The notes: generated from the letters alone by a model not told the origin. A stretch of 64,000 bases of DNA from an uncultured Acidobacteriota bacterium (GCA_963805495.1 CAWDUQ010000001.1:131432-195431); one strand, 5' to 3'. Numbered from the stretch's first letter, positions 27,033 through 37,076 are shown. Numbers and translations: made by a program.

Positions 27033-27437
27033 CGCACGCCCGAAGTAATTAACAACGCCTTTCCTCCAATACAGGTACCAAATGGCAATCGGAAGGCAGG
27101 GCACCCAAAGGAAGTCCGCTTTACCGGACGCAGCCAAGTTCCACGCACTCAAGCCGGCGAGGAGCAACCAAAACACGATCATCAGATGACGCGCCCACGG
27201 AGCCCGACTTCGAATGCCTAGGGCGATAATGAAAAGGAGACTGCCAAACACCAGCATCGCCATTCCCCAAACCGGCAAAGACCAGGATGGCAGATTCCGG
27301 AAGGACGAGGTGTCAACCAAACCGGCGGCACCGAGGATGGCACCCAGCAAGAATACTGAGCCGGCAAGAAACGATAGAACCATGCCGATCGTCAGCAACA
27401 TGGGGCGATGAGGAGCTGGCGATATCGGATCGGTCAT
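27027..27437 (-). CDS. integral membrane protein
   Basis: 136 aa. Confidence 0.5.
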   Translation of the reverse strand: MTDPISPAPHRPMLLTIGMVLSFLAGSVFLLGAILGAAGLVDTSSFRNLPSWSLPVWGMAMLVFGSLLFIIALGIRSRAPWARHLMIVFWLLLAGLSAWNLAASGKADFLWVPCLPIAIWYLYWRKGVVNYFGRAA

Positions 27438-27448
27438 GGCTTTGAGCG

Positions 27449-27524
27449 GCCTAACGGGTGGCGGGTCAGCGGCGAGCGCCGCCGCGAAGCGGAGGCGCGA
27501 GTCCGCTGCACCCGCGGGTTAGGC
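27449..27524 (-). other. attC: attC site
   Basis: 76-nt. Confidence 0.85.
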
Positions 27525-27533
27525 CGCCAAGTC

Positions 27534-28010
27534 TTACTTTGGATATGGCTCATCTAGGACCCAGGGGACATGTGCCTCGAATTCCAATTGCAGGAGCGGA
27601 CAGTCTTTCATCGACGACGGAACCAGCGCCAGGTCTGCCGTGAGGCCAAGCCAGAATCCGGGGGTGACGTTCTCTAGGTCCATCGTCCCTGATGTTTCGG
27701 TTAGCTTTACGGTCGAATCGCGTCCGATCAGGTTGCTACCAACAAAGTGAAACCAGCCGGCGTAGAAGTATTTGCCATCCACAGCCCAGCCTCCCTCCCA
27801 AATCTCCGACTCACGATCCGGGCGAATACCGAGTTGATCGAATAGAGCCAATACATCTGGGGGATAGATCAATGACCGAGCCGCGGCAAAGTTCCGGCAG
27901 TACAGGCAGCCGCACTCCTCGGGACTGCCGGACTGGCGTGATTCATGGGCCGTGCGAGTAGCCTCTCGATCAGCCTCGAAAGTCCAGCGCTTGAAGCCGA
28001 CCCTGGCCAT
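27534..28010 (-). CDS. hypothetical protein (158 aa)
   Basis: single ORF filling cassette. Confidence 0.5.
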   Translation of the reverse strand: MARVGFKRWTFEADREATRTAHESRQSGSPEECGCLYCRNFAAARSLIYPPDVLALFDQLGIRPDRESEIWEGGWAVDGKYFYAGWFHFVGSNLIGRDSTVKLTETSGTMDLENVTPGFWLGLTADLALVPSSMKDCPLLQLEFEAHVPWVLDEPYPK

Positions 28011-28027
28011 CAGAAGCGGCCTAACGG

Positions 28028-28103
28028 GTGGCGGGTCAGCGGCGAGTGACGAGCCGAAGGCGAGGAACGAGTCCGCTGCACCCGCGGGTTAGGCGGCGGG
28101 AAC
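28028..28103 (-). other. attC: attC site
   Basis: 76-nt. Confidence 0.85.
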
Positions 28104-28116
28104 TCGCCCGCAACAG

Positions 28117-28497
28117 CTACCGGGTACACGGCTTCAGCTCAATCGCAATGGCTCGCGCCTCCGTCGCTCCGACGTTTTCGCCCGTGTGCGTCGTGTTTTC
28201 GCGCCACAAGACATCCCCTGCCTTGAGAGATGTCGCCGAGCTCGTACCGTCGGGCAGCACATTTCGAATCGTGGCATCTGCCAACAGGTACACCACCCCC
28301 GGAGGATGCGAATGCATTGCCTCCTTCTCGCCTGGTTTCATGTGGAACTCAAGAACGCGCACTCGATCATTCTCGAAACGCACTGCGTAGTACTGAGGAG
28401 ACAACTTCACCGGATCTTGCGTCGTCACACGGCCCGCGGCGGACACGGCCAATGCCCCGAGCCCGATCCCAACTGCCAGATAAGATAGTCGCTTCAT
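28117..28497 (-). CDS. secreted cupin-domain protein
   Basis: signal peptide; cupin His motifs. Confidence 0.6.
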   Translation of the reverse strand: MKRLSYLAVGIGLGALAVSAAGRVTTQDPVKLSPQYYAVRFENDRVRVLEFHMKPGEKEAMHSHPPGVVYLLADATIRNVLPDGTSSATSLKAGDVLWRENTTHTGENVGATEARAIAIELKPCTR

Positions 28498-28545
28498 CGG
28501 TTACCTCGATCAACCGGACGTTTCTGTTTCAAGCCGCCGGTCGCC

Positions 28546-28663
28546 GCCTAACGGGTGGCGGGTCAGCTGCGGGCGCCCGACCGCCACGATGCCCCTCGAC
28601 TCGCCACAACCTTCCCTCTCGCCAAACCGCATGGCGACCGTCAGCTGCACCCGCGGGTTAGGC
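28546..28663 (-). other. attC: attC site, long class
   Basis: 118-nt. Confidence 0.85.
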
Positions 28664-29016
28664 GCCCCTTCCCTGTCGGGTTTACACGCCACGCGACACC
28701 TCGCTCACCTCAGACCGTTACCACGGGATGCGCCGGCTGGCGCGCGCTACGAATTGTCCTCCCTCTCGCCACTCGCGCGCCAGAGCGGCGCCAATTACGA
28801 CGGGGGGCGGGCCGACTCTTGAGTCGTCTGATGCCCAGCCAGACCCACGAGCCACGCTGCGCCCTGCTCCTGGAGCCGAGATAGTCGGCCCGCATCCCGC
28901 AGGCGGACGGCGCGCAGAACTCTTACCGATGACGCCCAACTCTCCCCTCCGGACACAATCGCCAGCCTGGCGATCGTCGACGCGACTATTCAGCCCGCGC
29001 GCCGGCCGCCGTCTTA
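28664..29016. repeat. family A cassette body
   Basis: paralog. Confidence 0.75.
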
Positions 29017-29092
29017 CATCCGAAGCGCCTAACGGGTGGCGGGTCAGCGGCTCGTGAGGCGCCGAAGGCGCCGAACGAGTCCGCTGCACCCG
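29017..29092 (-). other. attC: attC site
   Basis: 76-nt. Confidence 0.85.
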
Positions 29093-29329
29093 CGTGTTAG
29101 GCAGCCGCACGCTCGATGGAACTAAACCGCGGTGAAGCTGCCCGATCCGAGCCGCCGCACCCGCAGCTTCCGCCACGATGCGACCTGCCAGCATCTTGAT
29201 GGGACCGGGGCTAACGCCACGATGTCTCATCGGCTTGCCTGTTAGTTAGACACCTTATCTTCTCACCGGTTCCAGAACTCTGCTGGACTACGCGCGGACG
29301 AGCCGCGCTGTTGAGGGTGTTTCCGGCCT
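29093..29329. repeat. family C cassette body (duplicate of 26431-26657)
   Basis: paralog. Confidence 0.7.
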
Positions 29330-29405
29330 GCCTAACGGGTGGCGGGTCAGCGGCGAGCGCCGCAGCGAAGCGTAGGCGCGAGTCCGCTGCACCCGCGGGT
29401 TAGAC
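29330..29405 (-). other. attC: attC site (core GTTAGAC)
   Basis: 76-nt. Confidence 0.8.
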
Positions 29406-29663
29406 GGCGCCGACGAGCAGTGGCTTGGTCGAAAGCAGACTCTCGACGGAGATGTCTTCATCAACGTCCTCCCAATGGAGGCCGATTCCGCCGCCGATCA
29501 ACCGCCACCGCTTGCGCTGTTCGGGAGTCGCTTTCTGGAGGCGGGGAAACCACGCGAGTGGCACGAGGATCTCGCGCCCGTCTGCCAGGACCACCCGCAA
29601 CGCCTCATCCGTGGTGCTGACATCGACCGCGAGCGGCTCGACGTTAACGTTTAAGGTGCTCAT
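29400..29663 (-). CDS. DUF2442-family protein (start MSTLNV)
   Basis: paralog of 12212..12454. Confidence 0.7.
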   Translation of the reverse strand: MSTLNVNVEPLAVDVSTTDEALRVVLADGREILVPLAWFPRLQKATPEQRKRWRLIGGGIGLHWEDVDEDISVESLLSTKPLLVGAV

Positions 29664-29880
29664 GCCATCTCTCCTCGAAAAGCGCCCTGTGCTCCTCCAC
29701 GATACGCTGGATCTCGGCGATTTCGCCCGTCCGGAATCCACGAGAGCGGGCCAGGGACACGGGTCTGAGCCAAAACTTGGCATATCGCTCGGCCTGCTCG
29801 ACATGGATGTGCGGCGGTTCCTGCGCTTCCGAACTGAAGAAGAAGAACCGATAGCCCTTCACGCGCAGAACTAGAGGCAT
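29644..29880 (-). CDS. DUF4160-family protein
   Basis: 78 aa. Confidence 0.7.
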   Translation of the reverse strand: MPLVLRVKGYRFFFFSSEAQEPPHIHVEQAERYAKFWLRPVSLARSRGFRTGEIAEIQRIVEEHRALFEERWHEHLKR

Positions 29881-29929
29881 CGGAAGAGTTTAACGCTCTG
29901 GAGCGGCAGCCGGATGGCAACTCGGGGCC

Positions 29930-30005
29930 GTCTAACGGGCGGCGGGTCAGCGGCGAGCGCCGTAGCGAAGCGTAGGCGCGAGTCCGCTGCACCCGCGGGT
30001 TAGGC
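29930..30005 (-). other. attC: attC site (GTCTAAC)
   Basis: 76-nt. Confidence 0.85.
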
Positions 30006-30015
30006 GGCGGCTGAC

Positions 30016-30435
30016 TCACTTCCACACGCCCCGGTCAGCCGCGCTCCACCTCCGGTAGCCTTCAAGCTCATCCGGCGTTACTACCGATCTTGCAATTAGA
30101 ACCGGGGTCAGGGCCGCAAACGCCGACTGGGAGAGCGGCGCGTGATCCGTTCCCGGCTCGCGATCAGCAGGGCCGCCAAGAGTCAGCCTGACACCCTCGA
30201 GTGTTACCGGGCGATTCCGGAAAGACTCCCTGTATATTCGGACGTGAACCGCTTCGTCGACCGCGAGGACCTTGGCCACGTGGTACTCCCTCGGGCTACC
30301 GAACTCGTTTTCTTCGTCCTGCACGGAGTAAAGACCTCCGACTTCAAGCTTGAGCTGGCGCCTGTGAGTGGCCACCGCTAATGCGACAGCGACAATGAGA
30401 CCAACGAGCGCGATGGCTACAACTCGCGGCCTCAT
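30016..30435 (-). CDS. membrane-anchored hypothetical protein
   Basis: 139 aa, N-terminal TM. Confidence 0.5.
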   Translation of the reverse strand: MRPRVVAIALVGLIVAVALAVATHRRQLKLEVGGLYSVQDEENEFGSPREYHVAKVLAVDEAVHVRIYRESFRNRPVTLEGVRLTLGGPADREPGTDHAPLSQSAFAALTPVLIARSVVTPDELEGYRRWSAADRGVWK

Positions 30436-30449
30436 CGGAGCTTTCCGAC

Positions 30450-30525
30450 GCCTAACGGGTGGCGGGTCAGCGGCGAGGGCCGAGGCGAAGCCGAGGCCCG
30501 AGTCCGCTGCACCCGCGGGTTAGGC
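30450..30525 (-). other. attC: attC site
   Basis: 76-nt. Confidence 0.85.
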
Positions 30526-30534
30526 GGCGGCTGA

Positions 30535-30807
30535 CTACCCACGACCATAGGACACCAAGAGGACCTCCAGCGCTCCGGCGGGCCCGAAGAAGAGAACATG
30601 GCTCTGGAGCCGGTTTCGCACCGCATCCGAGAGGAGCTCATCCTGCCCCAGAACCCGATGGAGTCGAATAAGGGAGGCGCCGACAACGCCGACGCCGACA
30701 ACCAGGAACCAGGCGGGCGGGTCACTCAAGGCGAAGCCAATCCATGAGAATCCTGCGAGCGCCGCGACTGAAAACCAAGCCCACATCTTCACAGGTTTAC
30801 TAGCCAC
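30535..30807 (-). CDS. small membrane protein
   Basis: 90 aa. Confidence 0.45.
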   Translation of the reverse strand: MASKPVKMWAWFSVAALAGFSWIGFALSDPPAWFLVVGVGVVGASLIRLHRVLGQDELLSDAVRNRLQSHVLFFGPAGALEVLLVSYGRG

Positions 30808-30823
30808 GATTCGTGCTCCGCCC

Positions 30824-30941
30824 GCCTAACGGGTGGCGCATAAGCTGCGGGCGCCCGGAAGAGGCCAGATCCCTAGTTTCGCCACGAGCTTCCCTACCGA
30901 CCGAGTGCATGGCGACCGTCAGCTTCATGCGCGTGTTAGGC
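30824..30941 (-). other. attC: attC site, long class
   Basis: 118-nt. Confidence 0.85.
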
Positions 30942-31304
30942 GCCCTCACTCATTCGGGTTTACACGCCACGAGACACCTCGCCCGCACCAGGCCTCGACC
31001 ACGGGATGCGCCGGCTGGCGCGCGCTACGAATTGTCCTCCCTCTCGCCACTCGCGCGCCAGAGCGGCGCGGATTAAGCCGGGGGGCGGGCCGACTGTTAA
31101 GTCGTCTGATGCCCAACCGAATCCTCGAGCCACGCTGCGCCCCGCTTCTGGAGCCGAGATAGTCGGCCCGCATCCCGGAGGCGGCCGGCGCGCAGAACTT
31201 CTACCGATTACGCCGGCCTCTCCCCTCCGGACACAATCGCCTGCCTCGCGATCGTCGACGCGACTATTCAGCCCGCGCGACGGCCGCCGTCTCGAGTCCG
31301 AAGC
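30942..31304. repeat. family A cassette body
   Basis: paralog. Confidence 0.75.
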
Positions 31305-31380
31305 GCCTAACGGGTGGCGGGTCAGCGGCGAGCTCCGAGCCGAAGGCGAGGAGCGAGTCCGCTGCACCCGCGGGTTAGGC
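31305..31380 (-). other. attC: attC site
   Basis: 76-nt. Confidence 0.85.
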
Positions 31381-31390
31381 GGCGCCAGGT

Positions 31391-31642
31391 TCACGGGAGC
31401 ACAGCTCCGAGAAACGCGAAGCCAATTAGAACGACCCCGATGGCAAGGTACACCTGCTGAGCCGCCTGCCCCTTAAGCCCAAAGACTGATCCATGAAACC
31501 TGCTACCTACTGCCATTCCAAGCCCAACGACGAAAAGCGCGAGAGGGAGGGGCTGACGCGGGCCGCGTAACCAAAGAGCTCCGAACAACGCTAGGACTGC
31601 GACTGCGGCAGCAAGACCCTTCACTTTGACCGGCGCCTCCAT
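31391..31642 (-). CDS. small membrane protein
   Basis: 83 aa. Confidence 0.45.
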   Translation of the reverse strand: MEAPVKVKGLAAAVAVLALFGALWLRGPRQPLPLALFVVGLGMAVGSRFHGSVFGLKGQAAQQVYLAIGVVLIGFAFLGAVLP

Positions 31643-31653
31643 GTTGAAGTGCC

Positions 31654-31729
31654 GCCTAACGGGTGGCGGGTCAGCGGCGAGCGCCGTAGCGAAGCGTAGG
31701 CGCGAGTCCGCTGCACCCGCGGGTTAGGC
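31654..31729 (-). other. attC: attC site
   Basis: 76-nt. Confidence 0.85.
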
Positions 31730-32095
31730 GTCACGCCGAACTTCGCCCTGACGGCCGGTAAACCGGCCGACGAGCGTTCCTACAAGCCACCACCCTTCCA
31801 AGAAGGCCAAAAGATAGATAACCCCGATGATGATCTGGCCACTCTGCGACTCCCTGAACGACGCCGGGAGAGCGAGACTCGCCCAACCGACGAGGGCGAA
31901 GAGGGGATTGATCACCAGAAAGGCACCGATGAGGAGTCTGCCGACCACATCGAGCCTTCCAAACGTCGCGGCGCCAATCTGGCCGTCCGTAGCTTTCCCC
32001 AGTGCAAAGGTGGAGAGAAGCACGAACACCGCGACGAGCATTAGGCTCATCAGAATACCTGCGACAAACACTTGCGTACGCTTCTTCAGCCGCAC
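31724..32095 (-). CDS. integral membrane protein
   Basis: 123 aa. Confidence 0.5.
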   Translation of the reverse strand: MRLKKRTQVFVAGILMSLMLVAVFVLLSTFALGKATDGQIGAATFGRLDVVGRLLIGAFLVINPLFALVGWASLALPASFRESQSGQIIIGVIYLLAFLEGWWLVGTLVGRFTGRQGEVRRDA

Positions 32096-32109
32096 TGGTG
32101 CTCCGTGAC

Positions 32110-32185
32110 GCCTAACGGGTGGCGGGTCAGCGGCGAGCTCCGAGGCGAAGCCGAGGAGCGAGTCCGCTGCACCCGCGGGTTAGGC
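32110..32185 (-). other. attC: attC site
   Basis: 76-nt. Confidence 0.85.
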
Positions 32186-32204
32186 GGCGGCGACATCGAG
32201 CTGG

Positions 32205-32861
32205 TCATGACTTTTCCGTTTCCGGCAGAAGAGCCCGTATTCTGGCCTCGTCAGGCTCCCGCCGGCCGCCCCCGGATTGAGACCAAGCGAGTAAGCCAGC
32301 AGAGCCGAACACATACAAAAGCCACCCCTCGTCATCAAACGTCAGCCAGACTCGGTCCTGCGGAACCGCCTCGATCGCTTTGCAGAGCGAACCGAAGTCA
32401 TGGTCGCTCATCTCAGTCAATCTCTCGCGATTCACGTGAAGCACTCCCCGCCTAGGCCAGAGGTTGCACAGATGCCTGAGGAACCACTGATCACCGGTTT
32501 CGAAAAATAGGCTGAGATCGCTGTCCGTACACGTGAAGACTCGATCTAAATCGCCACTGGACATCTCCGAGAGGCTCACGAGGCGAAAGAAATCTTGTGC
32601 GCCTCCGTCTGCCCTCACGAGGTGACGTAGCAGGGACTGAGCGCCACGCTGCTTTCTACGGTCCCACCAGATTAGGCTGGTGATTGAAGCCTTGTACTTT
32701 TCGATCAGCGGCCACGTCTCAGATTGGAAAGACGGCGACGAATCGGGAAACTCACTCTCATCTGGCCTGAGGACTTCGCCAGGCTCGATCCGATTCCAGA
32801 TCGTCACGTAGCGAAGCTGGGGCTTCACTGCCTCACGCTCGGTCAATCGCTCACCGTTCAT
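32205..32861 (-). CDS. hypothetical protein (218 aa)
   Basis: single ORF filling cassette. Confidence 0.55.
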   Translation of the reverse strand: MNGERLTEREAVKPQLRYVTIWNRIEPGEVLRPDESEFPDSSPSFQSETWPLIEKYKASITSLIWWDRRKQRGAQSLLRHLVRADGGAQDFFRLVSLSEMSSGDLDRVFTCTDSDLSLFFETGDQWFLRHLCNLWPRRGVLHVNRERLTEMSDHDFGSLCKAIEAVPQDRVWLTFDDEGWLLYVFGSAGLLAWSQSGGGRREPDEARIRALLPETEKS

Positions 32862-32868
32862 TTCCGAC

Positions 32869-32944
32869 GCCTAACGGGTGGCGGGTCAGCGGCGAGCGCC
32901 GTAGCGAAGCGTAGGCGCGAGTCCGCTGCACCCGCGGGTTAGGC
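32869..32944 (-). other. attC: attC site
   Basis: 76-nt. Confidence 0.85.
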
Positions 32945-32957
32945 GGCGCGCTCTCAC

Positions 32958-33422
32958 TCATGGTTGGCTGACCACCATCACCGATACTCGCGGCAACTCG
33001 ATTGTCGAGTCGCTACCGCTTGGGCCGACTCGAACGCCCATGTCCACGACGAGAGTTGCCTCGCCCACGGGTACGAATACCGGAACCGTGAAATCACGAA
33101 CAAGGGTTCGCGACTCGCCCGCGTCCAGCCGAAAGGAATCGCTACAGCCGCCGTCAGTCGTCCAACCGGACGAGTAAGCCGGCCAGGTACGGCCGACGCC
33201 CGAGGAGAGGACACCGACCGAAATTCCTTTCCGCACACAAACATCTGCCGGCTGGACACCGGAGTTTGTGAGTAGGCACGCGAGTTCAAACCGCTGGTTC
33301 TGAACCAACGGTGGAAGTCGGCCCGAGACGGACAAGGAAAGCTGCGCCGCCGACTGCTGCGTCGTTGATGAGCACGAGCTGAGGGCCAGAAGAATCCCTG
33401 CGCCGAGGGCCCACACCTTCAT
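32958..33422 (-). CDS. lipoprotein (154 aa)
   Basis: signal peptide with LSSC lipobox. Confidence 0.55.
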   Translation of the reverse strand: MKVWALGAGILLALSSCSSTTQQSAAQLSLSVSGRLPPLVQNQRFELACLLTNSGVQPADVCVRKGISVGVLSSGVGRTWPAYSSGWTTDGGCSDSFRLDAGESRTLVRDFTVPVFVPVGEATLVVDMGVRVGPSGSDSTIELPRVSVMVVSQP

Positions 33423-33430
33423 TTCGAGCC

Positions 33431-33506
33431 GCCTAACGGGTGGCGGGTCAGCGGCGAGCGCCGTAGCGAAGCGTAGGCGCGAGTCCGCTGCACCCGCGGG
33501 TTAGGC
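33431..33506 (-). other. attC: attC site
   Basis: 76-nt. Confidence 0.85.
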
Positions 33507-33720
33507 GACGCGTTTTCGCCGCGACGCCACGCTACGGTCACCCGTTCTTGATCTACGCCCACAGACTCGACTTTCCGGGTGCCACGACTACCTGCAGAAT
33601 AGACGCCACACGCCCTGCAACCCACGACCCGCGGCTATCGTTGTCGACCCGGCTGCCCCGCCAGGCTGGTAAAGCCCCGGGCAGGAAGACGCAACTCGGG
33701 GACCTCATTCCTCCCACGTC
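33507..33720. repeat. family B2 cassette body
   Basis: paralog. Confidence 0.7.
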
Positions 33721-33796
33721 GCCTAACGGGTGGCGGGTCAGCGGCGCGTGAAGAGCCGAAGGCGATGAACGCGTCCGCTGCACCCGCGGGTTAGGC
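33721..33796 (-). other. attC: attC site
   Basis: 76-nt. Confidence 0.85.
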
Positions 33797-34387
33797 GGGC
33801 CGCTCGCCTTCGGCTTGCGCGAGCTTGATCAGATAGTTCTTCAATTGTTCATAGTCCGCCCACCAGTTCTGGCGGCCGTGTGTTTCGAGCGGGCCTTGCT
33901 CTATCGTGGCAGGAAGATCCTCCTTCATTCTCACAAGAGCTACGATTGAATCCTTGCGACCGAGTCGTGGCTCATAAATCACGGGGAACGTTACGCCGCG
34001 GCGAGCCGTCGGTACCAGGAATTCCGCATCTCCGGGGAAGGGAGCTAGGGGGACGTGGCGCTCGAGCTTCTCGAGTTCACCGAGCGTGTGTCCCGCCTTC
34101 TTGAGAAACACCAGATATCGGGACCCCAGCTCGCACCCCTGCCAGCACCGAAAATAGATGAGCTCGTTGTTGAATGCACCCTTGAAAGACCAATTGACGC
34201 GCGCTTGAACAACAAACCAGGGCCCACCGATACCTTCGGGAAGCCCGGCCGTAATCCAGACGATAGCGACAGCGTCGGACCGCTGAAAGAGCTCTCTGAA
34301 GCTCTTAGGCTCGTTGGTGTCAACAGTTATTTCCCCGAGAACCGGCGCCGGCATCGCCAAGCAAGTGATCCAAGCGATTACCGTCAC
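33791..34387 (-). CDS. secreted hypothetical protein, start uncertain (GTG?)
   Basis: about 195 aa, hydrophobic leader. Confidence 0.5.
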   Translation of the reverse strand: MTVIAWITCLAMPAPVLGEITVDTNEPKSFRELFQRSDAVAIVWITAGLPEGIGGPWFVVQARVNWSFKGAFNNELIYFRCWQGCELGSRYLVFLKKAGHTLGELEKLERHVPLAPFPGDAEFLVPTARRGVTFPVIYEPRLGRKDSIVALVRMKEDLPATIEQGPLETHGRQNWWADYEQLKNYLIKLAQAEGERPA

Positions 34388-34421
34388 AATCGGAAGCCAG
34401 AACTTCGGCCCGCCTAACGGG

Positions 34422-34497
34422 TGGCGGGTCAGCGGCGAGCGCCGTAGCGAAGCGTAGGCGCGAGTCCGCTGCACCCGCGGGTTAGGCGGCGCTTCAC
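34422..34497 (-). other. attC: attC site
   Basis: 76-nt. Confidence 0.85.
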
Positions 34498-34701
34498 AGC
34501 CACGGTGACCTGCAGCCGAAAGCCTTTCGGGACCTACGCCCATGACGGCGCTTCTCCGGGAGCCACGACAGCCCCATATATAGAGACACCGTAACTCTCC
34601 CCGCGTTCAGAACTATCGTTGTCGACCCGAGCGCCCCGCCACACTGGAAAAGCCCTGGGCAGGAGGGCGTGACTCGGGGACCCCATTTCCCCGGGACGCC
34701 C
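34498..34701. repeat. family B cassette body
   Basis: paralog. Confidence 0.75.
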
Positions 34702-34777
34702 GCCTAACGGGTGGCGGGTCAGCGGCGAGCGACCGAGCGGAGCGAGGGAGCGAGTCCGCTGCACCCGCGGGTTAGGC
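34702..34777 (-). other. attC: attC site
   Basis: 76-nt. Confidence 0.85.
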
Positions 34778-34992
34778 GGCGCTTCACCGCCAACACGCTG
34801 AGCAACCGATCGGCTTTCCAGCCTTACGCCCACGACTGCCCTTCTCCGGGGGCCACGACCGCCCCATACATTGGGGACACCGCAACTCGCCCCGCGTTCG
34901 CGACTATCGTTGTCGACCCTGCCGCCTCGCCACGTTGGAAAAGCCTTGGGCAGGAGGGCGTGACTCGGGGCCCTCATTGCTCCGGGACGCCC
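34778..34992. repeat. family B cassette body
   Basis: paralog. Confidence 0.75.
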
Positions 34993-35068
34993 GCCTAACG
35001 GGTGGCGGGTCAGCGGCGAGCGACCGAGCGAAGCGAGGGCGCGAGTCCGCTGCACCCGCGGGTTAGGC
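34993..35068 (-). other. attC: attC site
   Basis: 76-nt. Confidence 0.85.
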
Positions 35069-35078
35069 GGCTTCTCGA

Positions 35079-35417
35079 TCACTGGGGACGAATTGAGACT
35101 GTAACCGTTAGCCATGTCGCCACTCGCCTGCCGTCCAATGTCGCCGGCCTGTACTTCCATTTGCGAAGCGCGTTCACGTAGCACGGATCTAGCCCTGCCC
35201 CAGCGGAACGAATCACTTTGACCTGGGCAACATCCCCCTCGGCCGTGATCCGAGCCTTCAAGATGGCCGTTGTGGGAAGAGAACCAGGCGGCAGCTCGGG
35301 CTCCACTCTTGTGATCAGCTCGGGAAGCGTCTTCGTCGCGTCGTTCCGAGTGGGCGTTGGAGAGGACGGCTCAGCCATGGCCAAGACCTGAACGGAGGTA
35401 GCGAGGCACACGAACAA
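35079..35417 (-). CDS. TonB C-terminal-domain protein with signal peptide (start uncertain)
   Basis: TonB_C-like motifs in C-terminal 80 aa. Confidence 0.5.
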   Translation of the reverse strand: MFVCLATSVQVLAMAEPSSPTPTRNDATKTLPELITRVEPELPPGSLPTTAILKARITAEGDVAQVKVIRSAGAGLDPCYVNALRKWKYRPATLDGRRVATWLTVTVSIRPQ

Positions 35418-35429
35418 CAGGACAAGCCC

Positions 35430-35505
35430 GCCTAACGGGTGGCGGGTCAGCGGCGAGCTCCGAGCCGAAGGCGAGGTGCGAGTCCGCTGCACCCGCGGGT
35501 TAGGC
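35430..35505 (-). other. attC: attC site
   Basis: 76-nt. Confidence 0.85.
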
Positions 35506-35514
35506 GGCCGACAC

Positions 35515-35868
35515 CTAGGCAAGACAGCGCCTCCTCAGCCAGCGAACGAATCGAACGCCATAGGTCGCCACGGGAATACAGAAGAGCAGCAGCCAGAGCG
35601 GGACAAACAACAGGCCGAGGCCGTCCGAAGGCCCAAGTTTGGCCACAAAGTCAGGAATCACGACTGCCAAGGCCGCAGCCACCACCTGCGCGGGGTCATG
35701 AGTTATCGGCTGGACAGCAAGTAGGACAAGGTACGGAACCATTCCCCAGAGGAATACGAAGGCTGTAAGCAAGTCGAGCTTGCTGGCTCCGCGCAGAGCT
35801 GATCCTTGCAGGACTGCACCAACTGCAATAACAATTCCGAGGAACACACCGTGGGATGAGTGCTTCAT
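35515..35868 (-). CDS. integral membrane protein
   Basis: 117 aa. Confidence 0.5.
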   Translation of the reverse strand: MKHSSHGVFLGIVIAVGAVLQGSALRGASKLDLLTAFVFLWGMVPYLVLLAVQPITHDPAQVVAAALAVVIPDFVAKLGPSDGLGLLFVPLWLLLFCIPVATYGVRFVRWLRRRCLA

Positions 35869-35897
35869 TGCATCGAGCGACCATGCCGCTTCGGCCC

Positions 35898-35973
35898 GCC
35901 TAACGGGCAGCGCATCAGCGGCGAGCGAAGAGCCGAAGGCGATGAGCGAGTCCGCTGCATGCGCGTGTTAGGC
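35898..35973 (-). other. attC: attC site
   Basis: 76-nt. Confidence 0.85.
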
Positions 35974-35980
35974 GCGCCGG

Positions 35981-36460
35981 TCATTGACCAGGCTCCTTGG
36001 ACTCGCCGACCACAAAGCGGAAGTCTATGTAGCCACTGAGAAATCCGGCTTGCGCTCCGCGCCCCTTCTCCTTGGCATCGACAAGGCACACGCTCAAGTC
36101 CCAGCCCGTGGATCCGATTGGGAAGCGGAGAGGCACCTTGACTCTCGCCCAGTCGTCCGCCTCGATTGCGACCTTGTACCCCCGTTCAGGTCCATAACTG
36201 AAGTGCTCATGGGGTAGCAGATTCTCCTTCGAATCCCTATCTTCTGCCCGATAGACGCCAACCAGCCATCCGTTGCCGATCAAGCCATTGTCCTCGCCCC
36301 TGAGCTCTAGCGTTCCGTCCGTGATCTGTGTAAGGCGGACCTTGAACGACCCAGCAGCGCGGAGCGATAACCGAAGAACTAGTTCACCAGGGCAGCTCGG
36401 CGATTTAGCCGCGCCCGGCGACAACGCGAGAGTCAGCAACAACCACCCGACGGCGATCAT
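35981..36460 (-). CDS. secreted hypothetical protein
   Basis: 159 aa, signal peptide. Confidence 0.55.
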   Translation of the reverse strand: MIAVGWLLLTLALSPGAAKSPSCPGELVLRLSLRAAGSFKVRLTQITDGTLELRGEDNGLIGNGWLVGVYRAEDRDSKENLLPHEHFSYGPERGYKVAIEADDWARVKVPLRFPIGSTGWDLSVCLVDAKEKGRGAQAGFLSGYIDFRFVVGESKEPGQ

Positions 36461-36468
36461 GCGGAAGC

Positions 36469-36544
36469 GCCTAACGGGTGGCGGGTCAGCGGCGAGTGAC
36501 GAGCCGAAGGCGAGGAACGAGTCCGCTGCACCCGCGGGTTAGGC
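36469..36544 (-). other. attC: attC site
   Basis: 76-nt. Confidence 0.85.
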
Positions 36545-36563
36545 GCCGAGAGACTCACGCTCA

Positions 36564-37076
36564 TCAGAAGCTCCGCCACAGCAGGGACGCCCCAACCAAG
36601 GCGAGGAGCGCCACGGCCGCCGCCTCTGCTTGCCAGCTTGTGGTTGGGACCGGATTCGCAGCCCCACCGACCACGACCGTGATCTGGGCAGTGCCCGGCG
36701 TCAGGATCCCATTCATGTCCGATACCGTGATGGTCTGTGGCCCAGGCGTTTGGAACACGCTGTCTGCAAAGCTGGTGCACGTCGGGTTAGGCGGTGAAAA
36801 GGTGCAAGGGGCAGGCAGCGTCGCCAGCGGATCCGAGCTCGTGAAGACAACCGTCCCCGCCCATGTTGGGTCGGTCTGCTCATTGGCGTCGTGTGGCTCG
36901 AAGTTGATGCACCGGACCTCGCCAGGCTGGGTCACAGTGACTCGACACATACCCGGTCCAGCCGGGCAGCAAGGGAAGATGACACTGAGATGAGTTGCTG
37001 GAGCCGCCTGGCCAACCTTCGCGAGTGCAATCAGTCCAACGCACAACACAAGTCGCCTCACCATTAGCCCCTCCAA
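36564..37076 (-). CDS. secreted Cys/Pro/Thr-rich protein with C-terminal VPTTSW-TM-R tail (IPTL-CTERM-like?)
   Basis: signal peptide; C-terminal hydrophobic anchor. Confidence 0.55.
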   Translation of the reverse strand: MEGLMVRRLVLCVGLIALAKVGQAAPATHLSVIFPCCPAGPGMCRVTVTQPGEVRCINFEPHDANEQTDPTWAGTVVFTSSDPLATLPAPCTFSPPNPTCTSFADSVFQTPGPQTITVSDMNGILTPGTAQITVVVGGAANPVPTTSWQAEAAAVALLALVGASLLWRSF

